DNA of 64,000 bases from NCBI RefSeq assembly GCF_009914755.1, contig NC_060937.1. One strand, 5' to 3'. A program made the position numbers and the translations under genes. The number at the start of each line of letters is the position of its first letter. Position 1 is the first letter of the stretch. The stretch comes from the human T2T-CHM13v2.0 reference genome, Homo sapiens. Positions 13,101 through 26,272 of the stretch are shown here, piece by piece. The notes under the pieces are model-generated. The model was given only the letters and a program-made list of their open reading frames with translations, was not told where the DNA came from and did no database searches.

Positions 13101-14411
13101 AACTTGCCATTAACTAGAGTTCAGCAATGCTCAGATAGGCCTAAGTAAGCACCTGATTCAATGCCTGGCATATAAAAATTCCACATGCCGTTCATATATG
13201 CAATGCAGAGCCTATATTTCGAGGCAGGCCGATGGCCACTGAGCTGTCTAAACTTTCTGGTCTGTTTTTGCGGGTGCGCATCTTTAACTCAATGAGGGAG
13301 AAAGTCTTCTTGTAGTACCCAATTTTATGTTATTGACAAAATCCAGAGGCAGCAAAACAACAAAAGGGGTGAGGGAGTGTGCCGAGGAGTTTCTCCCTTC
13401 CAAGTACCGTTGTTAAATTACCTGCACCATCCCACCATCCCCCATCCTACCTCATGGGTTCTGGCGTAATCCCATTAAAGAATTTAAAAATTTAAAGAAT
13501 GTTAAATGCTCATACAATACCTTTCCAGCCTGGTTGTGATTGATTTGTCTCTTTTCACAGCATGTATATTAATGTAGGCGCTGGTGTTCGGAATGCATGG
13601 TTTCTTTAGGAAAGAAATAGCACCATCCAAAATCCAAATTGAAATTCCTGAAACTTAGGACAGCCAGCAAAGCAGGGAATTCATTTTCCATCCTGTTACT
13701 TCCTCTCACTGGCTTTCTGGGATGTCAGAGCAAAAGGTGCTTCAGCCTACGAGCTCCATGGGGCACCACAGTTTTGAAACTGCTGCCTGTGTCCTTTGGT
13801 TGGAATCAGTGAATATGCCCTGTGTAGGCTTTTCAGAAGCAAGAGGAAGAGTGGCCTAAGCTCCATGAAATACCATTTTGTCTCATATCCATCAGAAAAA
13901 CTGTACTCCAGGGAGAATATCAAATGATGTCATGCTGCTGCAGTCTAACACTGATGATTTTGATATGTCAGTGGTTCCCACTGGAAAATAATGTACTTCT
14001 CAGGATCTTTGTTGGGAGCCGGAGGCTTCTGATTGCTGATTCTCTGAAGCCAGCAGCCTCCTTGCATAAGGAGCCCGATACTCTAAGGCACCATGAGAGT
14101 GGCCAACCTCACAGTGGGTGGTTAGCCCTGCAGTGGGGCTAACTAGCCCCACAGAAGGAAGTCCTGCCATGGGGTAAAGACTGGGGTGCTGAGCACTGCT
14201 GCCCCTTATTCCCCGCGGGACCCTGTTCTCCTGCTGGGTCCCCTTCTCAGACAGGACACAGCCCTCACCCCCTTGAGGAGCTTACCCTTCTCCACGTCCA
14301 CACAGCTTGTGGTTCATTCAGGCTGCCTGCTGTCTAATGTCTACTGCCCAATGGGAAGCTTTGTCCTAGCTGGGCATGTGCCCATTTCCAGGGGGGGAAA
14401 TATCACGTGTG

Positions 14412-14636
14412 GGAGGAAGTATCACACCGTGGTTAAGTGCCAGGCTTTGAACCACCAGCCTGGATTCTATCTTAATTCTGCTTCTGACACTCTCTGGAAT
14501 CTTGGAGAAATTTACTTTTCATTCCTTCAGCTGTGAAGGGCCTCACTGAGTTGTTTTGAAGATTAAATGAGTTACTTTGTATGAAACACCTAGTGTTGTG
14601 CCAGGCATATAATAAGTGCTCAACAAATATCAGCTA
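14412..14636 (+). mobile_element. MIR SINE
   Basis: gtggttaagtgccaggctttg...gattaaatgagtt...taagtgctcaacaaat. Confidence 0.8.
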
Positions 14637-14644
14637 CAAGAGAA

Positions 14645-14860
14645 AACTGCCATTCATTGAGCACCCCTCTGGGTCAGGCACAGTGCTAAGCAGTTTACAT
14701 TCATTATTTAATCCTCACAATAACTCAATGAGATCCAAACTATTATGTGCATTTTTACTGCCTGAGCAGGTAAGTAGCTTGCCCAAGGCCACAGTGCTAA
14801 TGAGTGGTAAGTCTGGGGCAAGACTGGAACCCAGGTCTGTCTAATCTGAAATCTTACGTG
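14645..14860 (-). mobile_element. MIR SINE
   Basis: attgagcacc..caggcacagtgctaag...tttaatcctcacaataac...cttgcccaaggccacag. Confidence 0.85.
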
Positions 14861-15157
14861 GAGGCTTGTGTGGAGGAAGCAATACTGTGTCAAGGGACCT
14901 GCCGTTGAAGGATTCTCGTGGTGACCCACTGCAAAGCCAGTGGCTGTGAAGGGCACTTATGAGAGGAGCATCTGCTGGGGGTGGGGGTGGAGAGTGTAGA
15001 CCAGCAGCTGATGGGAGACAAATACCCGCTTTCTCAAACATGCTCGTGGAAGTGTGACAGGCGCCATTGGTTGGCCAACTCAACTGCCATTCCCAGTCTC
15101 CTTCCCCCTTTCTCACAGAATCTCAATTTTTTTTTACTTTTGTTCGTTTATTTGTCC

Positions 15158-15542
15158 CACCACCCATCTCTAGAACTCAATTTGAGTCTCACAAAACTGA
15201 AACCTTGTGTTCATTAAACAATAACTCCTCATTTCCCCTATATCTCCAGCCCCTGGAATGCACCATTTTACTTTCTGTCTCTATGAGTGTGACTATGTAC
15301 CTCATGTAAGCGGAATCGTACAGCATTTTTCTTTTTGTAACAGACTGATTTCACTTAGTATAATGTCCTTAAAATTTATTCATGTTGTAGCATGTGTCAG
15401 AATTCCCTCCCTTTCTAAGGTTTAATAATGTTTCATTGTATGTATAGACCATATTTTGCTTATCTGCTCCTTCCTTTATGGGCACCTGGCTTGCTTCCAC
15501 TTTTTGGCTATTGTGAATAATGCTTCTATGAGCATGGGTATA
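15158..15542 (-). mobile_element. L1MB-type 3' fragment
   Basis: atttcacttagtataatgtcc..attcatgttgtagcatgtgtcagaatt; ttttggctattgtgaataatgct. Confidence 0.88.
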
Positions 15543-15990
15543 CAGTAGTCTCCCTTTATTCTTGCATGTTAGTTACCCATGGTCAACTATGGTCCAAATA
15601 TATTAAATGAAAAATTCCAGAAATAAATAACTCATAAGTTTTAAATCGCATGACACTCTGAGTGTCGTGATGAAATCTCACACCATCCTGCTCCATCCCC
15701 CCAGGAACGTGAATCACTATTTTGTCCAGGGTGTATCCACACTATGTATGCTGCCCACCCATTAGTCACTCAGTTATCAGATCCAATGTCACATCACCGT
15801 GCTTGTATTCAAGTAACTTTTATTTTACTTAATAATGGCCCCAAAGTACAAGAATAGTGAGGCTGGCATATTGTTGTAACTGTTCTATTTTATTATTAGT
15901 TGTTGTTAATCTCTTCCTGTGTCTAATTTATAAACTAAACTATATTCTAGGTATATATGTATGTATAGGACAAAACATGATATATATGGG
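15543..15990 (+). mobile_element. MER44B-like (Tigger7-derived) DNA transposon, right end missing
   Basis: TA followed by cagtagtc TIR; aaattccagaaataaa; ttacttaataatggccccaaag. Confidence 0.85.
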
Positions 15991-16078
15991 AGAATCTTAA
16001 TTTTAATAGGGTGACAATGCAACCATCCCTAAGAAAGGAATCATGGCTCTCTTTCATTCCCCTTTGCTAGATACTTAC

Positions 16079-16440
16079 TGCTATGAACTGAAAGTTTTTG
16101 TCCAAACCAAAATTCATATGTTGAAATCTTATCACCAAGGTGGTGGTATTAGAAGGTGAGGCCTTTGGGAGGTGATTAGGTCATAAGCGTGGAACCCTCA
16201 TGAATGAGATTAGTGTCCTTACAAAAGAGGCCCCAGAGAGCCACCTTGCCCCTTCCACCATGTAACGGCACAGCAAGATGGCGCCATCTATGAACCTGGA
16301 AACGCACCCTCACCACACACCAAATCTGCTGGTTCCTTGATCTTAGATTTCCCAGCCTCCCTTCTTACCAATACATTTCTGTTGTTTATAAATTACCCAC
16401 TCTACAGTATTTTGTTATAGTAGACCAAATGGACTGAGAA
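16079..16440 (+). mobile_element. MLT1A0-like MaLR solo LTR
   Basis: tgctatgaactgaa...aaattcatatgttgaaatc...gaggccccagagag...tattttgttatag. Confidence 0.88.
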
Positions 16441-16559
16441 GGAAATATAAAAAAAAAGTATTGAGGGCTTTAGAAAAGACTTTTGTTTCTTAAAAAATAA
16501 AAATCTAGAGCCTAATAAAGAGAAGATTTGCCCTTATGATGCTCATGCAAGGACGGAAA

Positions 16560-16770
16560 CCACCAATAAGCACCCTAAAACCAAGAAGCATGAGGACAAA
16601 AGCCAGCAGCATGGAGCATGGCAATGGAGAGGCTGGGAAAGCCTGGAAAGATAACCAAGTCAGCCAACAAACTCCGGGGCCACTTACATCCAGACTTTTT
16701 AAGGAAATAAAAAGTGCATTTACGAGTTTATTTACTTATAGTCCTTAGTCAAGTGTTCTGTTCCTAAGTG
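16560..16770 (+). mobile_element. Old MLT1 (J/K-like) LTR fragment
   Basis: tgaggacaaaagccagca...atggc..; cttacatccagactt resembles old MLT1 LTRs. Confidence 0.45.
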
Positions 16771-18961
16771 AAACAGAAAGCGGCCTTGAAGGAAAGGAGC
16801 TTAATGACGCTAGATCCAGATCTTGTAGTCAACATTAAAACCCCTCTCTCTGCAGTCTCATGGCGACTGTACCTCATTCTGCCTGATGTTTCCAAGACAG
16901 CTGTTTACATAACTTTCTTCTTCCCCTTTTCATAACCACTGCCCCCGCCCCCATGTCACCAATGATAAGAAGGCAGAGAGTTTGTCTGAATCATTTTTGT
17001 ACCCACCACTTCCCCCCACCCCTGCCTGCTATAGATGACTCATTATACCATTTCTATCTTGAATTGTCATTCCCATTACAGGCAGAGAGGACAAAACACA
17101 ACCACATGCACACACTTTTACACACACAGAACCATATATGTTTATCGACCTGATACAGGGAAATCAGTGGGCTACGGGTGCTGTCCCCCCATTTGAAATC
17201 TAAGCATGCCAAGAAGAAGGCAGAGAGGTGAAAGAAAGTGGAGAGAGATTGAATGAAAGAAACTGAGGAGCAAAGGAAGAGAGAGAGAGAAAGAGAGAAA
17301 ATAACACCACACAGCAGCAGCTCCAGGGCTTGACATCAGCGAGATTTACTGCACTAATATGCCTAGCTGCCTGCCATAATTAGTTTCTGTAAAAACCCTA
17401 TCTTCTCGCTCAGATTCAATTAAATCATACGGTGTTTATTCGCAAGATTTCTTATTCCACGATGGGAGGGCTGGCAGGACCCCAAGCTCAGCTCACCCAC
17501 CTGTTCCTTGCCTGGCACTATTTCTGTATCAGTCACGTTTTCAGGTGGTCAGGCAGCCAGGGGATGAATGGGTGAGTGTTTGTGCTCGGAGATACAGGAA
17601 GACACCACACACAGCAGCCAGGGCCCTGAATGATGTCATTTTCTTCATGGCTTAAAAGGAAAACATGCACCAGAAATGGGTACCAGAGTGATAGTGAACC
17701 TGGTGTCTGATCCTAACACTGGTTATTTTTAAACCCCCTTGTGTCAAGGAGGCAAAACCAGAGTGATGGTTATTAAAAGTCATTTTTAAGAACAGGCTCT
17801 AGGCTTGTTAGAGAAAATCCTAACAAACCAGGCTATAAGATAGCAAAACATCTGATTCAGGGAATTGCTCTGTGTGGGATTTCCTGGTCACTCTCCAGGG
17901 GTGACTTGGACGGAATGCACTATATGTGCTGCCCTCCATTGCCCTTGGGGTGAAAAAACAGCCCCTCAAAATGCCACCAGTGTAAGAGATATGCATGTGG
18001 GGAGGCTATGGGGAGGAGAAGAGAGTCCTGCTCCTAATGAAAAAACAGATTTCTGCATGACACCACGCTCAGCTGCAAGAGCAGTTTTTTCCTCCTGAAG
18101 CTGAAATCAATATTAAATTAAATCTGTGTGCTTTGTCTCCATGAATAACTTTCTAACATTCTACATTGGCCAATCAGAATCCCTTCACCCTTGTCAATTC
18201 CACTTGGGTAACTTTTTTTTTTTTTTTACTCTGTTTCTTTGCCACCAAACTGCGTGTTCCCATAGGAAAGACACAGCATAACGCATCAGTTGCTCCTTGC
18301 TACTAAACAGTTGGTGGGAAAACTAAAATCTGCAGGGAAGAAGAGTAAGATAATTTTTTAACTCTTCAAGGGCACATTTCCTGTTAACCAGCTCTGTCCC
18401 CTGGGACAAGTGTGTTAAATGAATATTGACTTGGGGAAGAATCTGGGATCAAATAGGATTCTGAGCCTGTGAAGATGCTTCTCTCTCCTCATCCCCATGC
18501 TGGTGGGTGATTTTTTTAAGGTCTTCATCTTCTAATTCCCCTATTTCAACTGTTTGAATCTTTCTGGGAGACTGATTCTTCATTGAGGCTGCACTTGAGA
18601 ACATGACATAAAACCATAATTTTAAAAGCACTCTAAGACTTGATACAATGAAATCAACTTAAATGTAATTATTTCTTTCCAGGATATTCTTTTTTTTTTT
18701 TTTTTTTTGCCTTTTTAAATCATTGCAGTTCTTTTCTGCTAATCTCTAACATCCCTATTCCATGACCCCCCACCAATAAATCCTAGTTTTGCTTCCTCCT
18801 TGGCCTGACTTTTGCTTGTTACCCGGAAGCATAAAAGCATCTCAAGTTTAAAAGACGTGTGGTCAGAAGCAAAGAAAAGACCCACCAAAGATGATGTCAA
18901 TTAAGTCTAGCAGAAGCATTTCTTTCCATGAAAGCACACAGCCCCTAGCATCTGGGGGGAG

Positions 18962-19140
18962 AAGCTAACATGGTTGAGTCCCTACTGTATGGCAAGCATC
19001 TTCAATTAATCGAGACAACAACTTGCAATGCAGTGGTTATACTTTGTAAGTGAGGAAGCTGATGTTTGGAAAGGTGAAGCAACTTTTAGCCCGGTGACAA
19101 GCAAAGACTCAACCCTTGCCAGTAGAATTCCCAAATCTGA
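18962..19140 (-). mobile_element. MIR fragment
   Basis: gctaacat..ttgagtccctactgtatg; tgaggaagctga..aggtgaagcaactt. Confidence 0.6.
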
Positions 19141-19854
19141 CATACTGCTTGTATATTGGCAGTGAAACATATTCCCTACTCTCCCTACACATCTCCACTA
19201 TTCACAACCCTCAATCCCTTCCTGAGGTGCTGAGCACAGTGAGTGCACCATCCAACCAGAAGCAACAGCTGTGGAAAGAGCCTTTGGAGGGGCTGGCATC
19301 AATCAAAGTCCAGGCATAAACCTCAACAACACAGGACAGCATATCTAGGCTGTAGGACACCCAGATTGCTGAATCTCCTTGGTGACTATTGAATAAATGT
19401 CCATCAAGAAGAGGAAGGGGAGATTATCACCCCCTAGAGGATAGACCAGCAGTCACTGTTTAATACCAAAATGACCCCCTGCTCCATGTGGTCCTGGCCA
19501 ATGGCACCAAAAGGTCTTAACAGGCCTTGCATTATCCCTTGGTCCTGTGATTCTAAACCAAGAGACCCTTGATCTCTGTCCAACTAGAAAACAAGAAATT
19601 CATAATATGCCAAGAATACGACTGTCTACTTCATTATTTGACATTAGGAGAGACAGAAGATTCAATTCTATGCCTGTCTTCAACTTGGCAAACACCCATT
19701 ATTTGCTTATGCTTACAACTTTTCACAAAATCAGCCCCATGTGCTGGCCTGAGCCCTGACCAGGGGATGGTAGGTGTATTCCAGTGCACCCAGCTCAGGG
19801 GAGGGCTGACCCTCACCCACCTCCTGATTGTGTTGTTGACCATCCCATCCCTAA

Positions 19855-20075
19855 GGTGGTACTGATTAAGAGCATAAACTCGGGAGCCAGACAGCCCGGG
19901 TGAGTCCCCAGCTGTGCCAATTATAGCTGTGTGACCTTGCATGATGCCTCTGTACTCGCTCTGTAAAGTAGAAAAGAGAGAATACGTTTCCCTAGAATCA
20001 TTGTGAGGGGCAAATGAAATATTATATGTGAACTTAGAACGGCACTGACTTGAGTCAGGGGTCTATAAATGAGGG
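19855..20075 (+). mobile_element. MIR SINE
   Basis: attaagagcataaactcgggagccagac...agctgtgtgaccttg. Confidence 0.8.
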
Positions 20076-20332
20076 CTGTGTCTAATATAATTATTAATAT
20101 TGCTCCTGATAATGTTTGGGAAAGGCAGCCTCCTTTTCCAATACTTTCTTAAACCCACCCAGCTCTCACAAGGACAAAAGAGACTAAGGAGGCAGGACCC
20201 AGGGTGGTTCTGGAGGTCAAAGCTGTGCATTAGAAGGCAAGGAGCCCTGGATTAGATGCTATCAGACCTAGGAACAAGTCCCCCTCTGCTTAGATGAGCC
20301 ACAGGATCTCCGTAGATCTCAGCTTCCACATC

Positions 20333-20691
20333 TGCTGTGCACTGAATTATGTTCCCCCAAAATTCATATGTTGAAGCCCCAACCCCCAATGGGATGGTAT
20401 TTGGAGACAGGGCCTTTGGAAGTTCCTTTGGTTTAGATAAGGTCCTTGTGATGAAGTTCGTGCCCTTATAAGAAGAGACGCGAGAGAGCTTGCTGTCTCT
20501 CTCTCTCTACCTGACATGTGAGGATGCAGACAGGAGGCCATCTATGAGCCAGGAAGTGGGCCCTCACCAGAAACCATGCTGGCACCTTGATCTTGGAATT
20601 CTAGCCTCCAGAACTATGAGAAATAAATTTCTATTGTTTAAGCTATCCACTCTGTGGCACTTAGTTACAGCAGCCTGAGCTAACGAATACA
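20333..20691 (+). mobile_element. MLT1A-like MaLR solo LTR
   Basis: tgctgtgcactgaat...cccccaaaattcatatgttgaagc...gcctccagaactatgagaaataaatttc...aataca. Confidence 0.9.
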
Positions 20692-20699
20692 ACACTCGA

Positions 20700-20830
20700 A
20701 CCTGGAACCACCATTCTTACAGCTCCTTCCCCACAAGAGAGAGAAGGGTTTTCACATATAGATGGGGTTCCTGCACAAGATCCTATTGTAAAAAGGGTTC
20801 TAAGGCTGATAATTATTTTTAAACCGCCAT
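20700..20830. mobile_element. Possible MER103-like hAT fragment
   Basis: catat..ggggttcctgcacaagat...aaaaagggttct...tttttaaacc. Confidence 0.4.
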
Positions 20831-22811
20831 AACAGAGGATTGAAAAATCCCTCCCACTCTAGCAGTGTTTCTGTGAAATCCATGCATAAGAACTCTTAAT
20901 TCTTATGACATTGTACTAGAAAGTCATAGTTCACAGAACTTCATTTTCCACAAAATTGATGTTTTCCCCTGTTTTATGTTATCAAGTCAGTAGGAAATCT
21001 TCCTGAAATATTACTATACACTCATCACCTTAGAATCTATATATATGTGTGTGCATGCATGTATATATGCATACATATCTAGCTTTTCTTGGTGACGTAT
21101 TGGTATTGTTTTGATCACCAATATTTGTACCTCTGGAAACAGAACAAGGCCTTCGGTGGCTATTGAGATATGCAATACTCTTTGCCTCCAGAATCATTTT
21201 GGGGGTGCTAAATGATCCCAGAATACCCTCTGAGTAGATGTTGCTCTCTGTGTTAAATGTGATCAGTTGCCTCCAAATCTGCATGATGCTTTATTTCACA
21301 TACTGTTCATGGTGAGGCCCTGAGAATGGCTTCACATGGCATACATGCTGTAAAATGCATGTGCCCTGTGGGCTATTTTCCCCAGTGGCTTGTACACTAG
21401 TGCCATAAGCATGCACCTGTTTACACCCACTACATGACTTGGGGTGCTGGCCATTCAACTGCTAGGCTTGGCGCTGTGGACACTCCTGCAGATGGCACTG
21501 CCCAGAGGGCTCAAGGCAATTGGAGAGCTCACGATGGATGCCATCAGCAGTAAGGAGAAGCTCACATCTTCCACATTCTAAACATGAAATGCTGGAAACA
21601 GAAACAACCACTGTGGTCTGTTGTGGGAATGTACTGACCAAGCGTGGGGAGCCTGGACACTGCAAGAGGATCCTGAGAGTCCAGGAAGTCAGAGACATCG
21701 CTGTTGAAGTCGCACATCATGGGCACACATATGAAGCAATGCACACTGTATTCTGAGTAGATGGAGAGAAAAAAGAATGAATGGATAAGGCCGGACTCAG
21801 GAAGCCTTGTGACAACCCACCATGGCTACCGCCCACGCACACAGTGACAGCTTTCCCACCCCGGAGGCGCTTGCAAGCCGAAGTGGATACTTCTCTCAGT
21901 CCTCTTCTGCCCACTTAACGAGGCCCTGTGCAGACAAATTGTCTAAATGTTGTCCCCATGACAACGAACTAATTTGCAGAATGCCGGAACCAGGAGGGAA
22001 TCAACCCCACTGAAAAACAGACTTGAAACTTTTTCCTGATGGAGATGACGTGAGAACACTCCAGGCCAGAGAACGATAGCAAGAGGTGAGGGGCAGTCCT
22101 CCCGGCCAGCCTTTTTCAGGGAAATCCCCTAATCATATTCCTTCATACACCACGTGGGGCTGGTTGTGTTTCCCACTTGGCCTTGGGAGGTGGTTCACAC
22201 TTACAGTTCCTTCTGACTTGCAATTTCTTCCTTGCTGTCAGCATCACAAGATCTGCATTGCTGTGCCTCGACAAAGCTGATGCTCATAAAATTTCCATTG
22301 TTTCGCCATCTTAGCCTCCACCACAGAAGATTTTGTATCGGGAATCTGCCTCATTTCCTTTTATTTGGGTTTTGATACCTACCCTTGTGGTTTTGGAACA
22401 TTTGTTTTGTTCTGTTTTGTTCTTTAAATGACTTTTGGTTGGAACACTGAATTTGCGTTGTGAGACTCTTGTCTTAATTTCTCCCCTTCTCTCCATAAAA
22501 TTATTCACTCTGTTGCCCCGGAGATGAGATAAAATTCACAGCTCTCTCATAGCAACACTTTTGTTTTCCCTCTGTGAGTCAAATAGCATCAGATTTTTAA
22601 AATTTTAAACATGGAGACAATTACATTTCTTAAATCCAATATTTTGTCTCTCATCTTTTGTTTACTCAGCCTAGAGCCTCAAGGTCAGGTTACAATGAAA
22701 ATCATACTAAACCAGCTCTTGCTTGTTTTCCCAGTCCCAAAAATATCTTCTTAGCCAATTCTTCACCAGGATTTTGTATTTTGTATTTGTAAAATACATA
22801 AAAATGATCAT

Positions 22812-23350
22812 GCATTTATTCATTCATTTAGTGCATTTTATTGAACAGTTAGTATGTGTGGATAGTATTGTAGGTGCTGAATGCAAAGATGAACCAGAGG
22901 CTATCTTTGCCCTCTCAAGAATTGTAAGGTCACACTTTGGGAGGCCGATGCGAGTGGATCACTTGAGGTCAGGAATTCGAGACCAGCCTGGCCAACGTGG
23001 CAAAACCTCACCTCTACTAAAAATACAAAAATTAGCCAGGCATGGTGGCACGTGCCTATAATCTCAGCTACTCAGGAGGCTGAGGCAGGAGAATTGCTTG
23101 AACTCAGGAGGCGGAGGTTGCAGTGAGCCGAGATCACACCACTGCACTCCAGCCTGGGCAGTACAGCGAGACTCTGTCTCAAAAAATAAATAGATAAATA
23201 AATAAATAAATAAATAATAATAAATCATAAGGTCGGAAAGGAAACTGGTCCAGGAAGCAACTGCAATACCTGGGGTAACTGCTGTGAGAAGAATTTGCAA
23301 CAGGTTCTAAGCCATCAGAGGAGGAGCCTCTAATTCAGGGTTGGGAGAAA
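22812..23350 (-). mobile_element. L2 fragment interrupted by an Alu
   Basis: catttattcattcatt...tttattgaaca tail; L2-like sequence resumes after the Alu. Confidence 0.6.
22932..23225 (+). mobile_element. AluS, 5'-truncated by about 30 nt
   Basis: Starts at cactttgggagg; (TAAA)n tail; TSD-like taaggtc. Confidence 0.95.
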
Positions 23351-24321
23351 AAGGAAAAGGATGGAAAAGGGAGAGAAAAGTAATCAAAGTAGATGGAATT
23401 AAATGATGGGCAAGGCCCAAAGGACAAATGGGACCTAAACCAGGTTTGGTGCCCAGAGAAGTGCCAAGCTAGTTGGGTGAATGTGTGTTGAATCAAAGAC
23501 TACAAGTAGAAAGTGTTCTAAGAGGGAATAAATATATACAAAGACAGAGGCAAGACAGTACGGAATGGCTGAATTCTGAGGCCATAAAGATGAGAAACTT
23601 AGGAAGTGCTCCCTCAGTATGGCTGGGAGGAGTGCCACTATGTCAGACAGATGGTTGTAGCCACAATCCAGGGCCAAATGTTGAAGCTCTTCAGGTAGCC
23701 TTGTTGTCTACACCCTTAGGAAACAAGCATCAAGCTGTCTAAGTTTAAGAGAGTGCCTGCACTTGACAAAAGAGTCTAAATTTAGGGAGGGTCCCCCTCC
23801 CAGAGGATTCCCTAGTCTGCCAGCCTCACAGATGGTCATACCCCAGGGCTGCTGCTTCAGGACAGACCTGAGGCCAAATTTCCTAGGGGCAGTGGGAGAG
23901 AGATGATGCAGTGTGATGGCCAAGCCCAGCACAGAGCTTCCCATGCACTCAGGTCTAGGGCTGTGGGCAGGGATTCCCAGATCAAGAACTTCCATTCAAG
24001 TTTTGATGTCAGAATCTGAATGCAATATAAAAAGAAAGCAGCTTCCCATGTCCCATGAAAAAGAGCACCACTGCAGGACAGTCTGTGGAAGATAAATCCA
24101 CATGCAGGTGGGCTCACACACAGTCAGGGGTGCTTTGAACTCTCACCTGCTGTGTCTTCCCAGAGGCCCTTTGTTGACCCTACTCATCTGCCAGCAACAC
24201 TGGAGGGTGCTGCTGAGACTCGCAGCCCCAGGAAGGGGACGTGCTAACTGGAGGAAAGACACCATTGTTATGCTGTGAATTTCAAATTGTTCTTCACCCT
24301 AAAGGCGATAGACTTTGTAAG

Positions 24322-24420
24322 TCTACTCAAAAGGTTGAGGTGGGAGGATGCTTGGGCCCAGAAGTTTGAGACCAGCCCAGGCAACATAGCAAGACCCCAT
24401 CTCAAAAAAAAAAGAAAGAA
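24322..24420 (+). mobile_element. FLAM (free left Alu monomer) fragment
   Basis: ctactc..aggttgaggtgggaggatgcttgggcccag..gagaccagcc..gcaacatagcaagaccccatctc followed by an A tail. Confidence 0.8.
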
Positions 24421-24909
24421 GTAAGAACAACTGGTAAGAGAAAGGATTTTATCAGGGTTTCTAAAGCTTTAAAAACAAAACAAAACAATGTATAAAGACT
24501 CAAAGCTTTTCCAGCTGACCATGCATAGCAGGGCATAAAAGAAGGTATGCAAGGGAGCTCACACCACACAGAAAGAAGTGGAGCCTTCTGTCCCCCAAAC
24601 TTCCCCTCCTCCCACTCCAGCATGTGGGCTTAGACCCAATCACAGAGGGGTGTGCTGGATGGGAACTGCCAACCAGCCACCCCAGCACAACAGTGGACTC
24701 AGACTGGCCAGGAGGGGGGTCCTGGAAGGTGAGCCTGAGGATGGCCTCACAGTGCCCTGCATACCCCTGTGTGATGAGAGAAGGAGCCACTGGAAGTCCA
24801 CAGGCCCCGCAAGGACAGCCAATGCAGGAGGGTCTGGGGCACTGAAGAAGGACTAGTGTGGAGAAGGCAGGGAATAGATAATACCTGAGGAGGAGAATGA
24901 ATGGGCACA

Positions 24910-25220
24910 TGGATAGATGGCTGGCTGGGTAGCTGGCTGGCTGGCTGGCTGGATGAATGGATGAATGGATGACTGGATGGATGGATGGCTGGATGGATGG
25001 ATGGCTGGCTGGATGGATGGATGGATGGTTGGCTGGCTGGATGAATGAATGGGTGGGTGGGTGGATGGATGCATGGATGCATGGACGCATGGATGGATGG
25101 ATGGGAGCCTGGCTGGATGGACGGATGAATAGATGGTTGGATGGATGGATGGATGGTTGGCTGGATGGATGGATAGATGGATGGATGGACAGATGGATGG
25201 ATGGATGGATGGACAGATGG
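24910..25220. repeat. Compound (GGAT/GGCT)n tetranucleotide repeat
   Basis: About 310 bp of degenerate TGGA/TGGC units. Confidence 0.95.
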
Positions 25221-26272
25221 CTTTGGAGCAGAGAGTCAGAAATCTCAGTCCAAGGGGAAAGCTGGATCAGAAATGAAAAGTAGTATAAGGGCACTAAGGA
25301 CAAAATGGCTGGGAGGGGCCTCCCAGATGACTTGCATTCAATGATTTGCTCTTTGCTGAGCCTTATTTTGATTGCAGCAAAAAGCCCTGTGGTAGATTCC
25401 CTGGGCAGGGAGAAAGAGGGGAGGAATGGAGCAGTTTCAAGGCTTCTAACAAGGGAAGCTTCTAGTCACTTGGATGTTACTCTCTCTTAGTATTAAGGAT
25501 AAAATTAAAACCTACATAGAGCACAAATATACCTGTCTTTATATGAATCCTCTGCTATATAACTATGAGTTGAAAGTACCATAAGAAATGTCATCTTCAT
25601 ATCCAGAAATTAGTGCTATGTGCGAAGTACCCACATATAAAATAAAGCCCTGATTTAAAAGCTACTCTTGCTGTATCTTTTAAACCCTCACCTGTGATGA
25701 TCTTTTGGGTATTTACCTATAAACAAATACTAAGCTCTATTTACATCCACACAGGAATTCCCCAAGGTAGTCATAATACTCTTCAAATCCCTAGTCAAAT
25801 TTCATTTTAATGGAACGGTTCAGATAAAACCAACCACTCTGTGTTTGCCACATCCGCTCAGTAAGAATTCAACATTCTTGCCAGAAAGCAAAGAGAATGT
25901 TGTGATTTCACCCTGCCACTCCCTATATCTCAGCATTTCCAAAGACAAGCCCCACAGACCAGACCAGATTTGGTTTAGTTATGGAGTAGCACAGGAGGAA
26001 TTTGCTCTAATCCGCTTCAAGATTGCCTCAGTTACTGAAAGTTATTTGTTGACGCAAAATCTAGATTAAGCAAAATGTGCTAGGAAGAGAATTGCTTTGT
26101 ACTGCTGACATGAAACAACCAAGAGTTATCCAGAGATCCCCTTTTGTTTTAGGACTTCTACAGATTTGTCCTAAAAAAAATAAGTACTCTACCTCTTAAT
26201 TACCACAAAAGAATATGCAAATGACACCTAACAACCCAGCTTAGATGAGTCAAGATGGACGGGCAGAAGAAT

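Noticed and set aside
24500-25303. 267-aa ORF and overlapping 108-111 aa ORFs
   Set aside because: These are translations of the (GGAT)n repeat (HPSI/MDGW units), not a gene.
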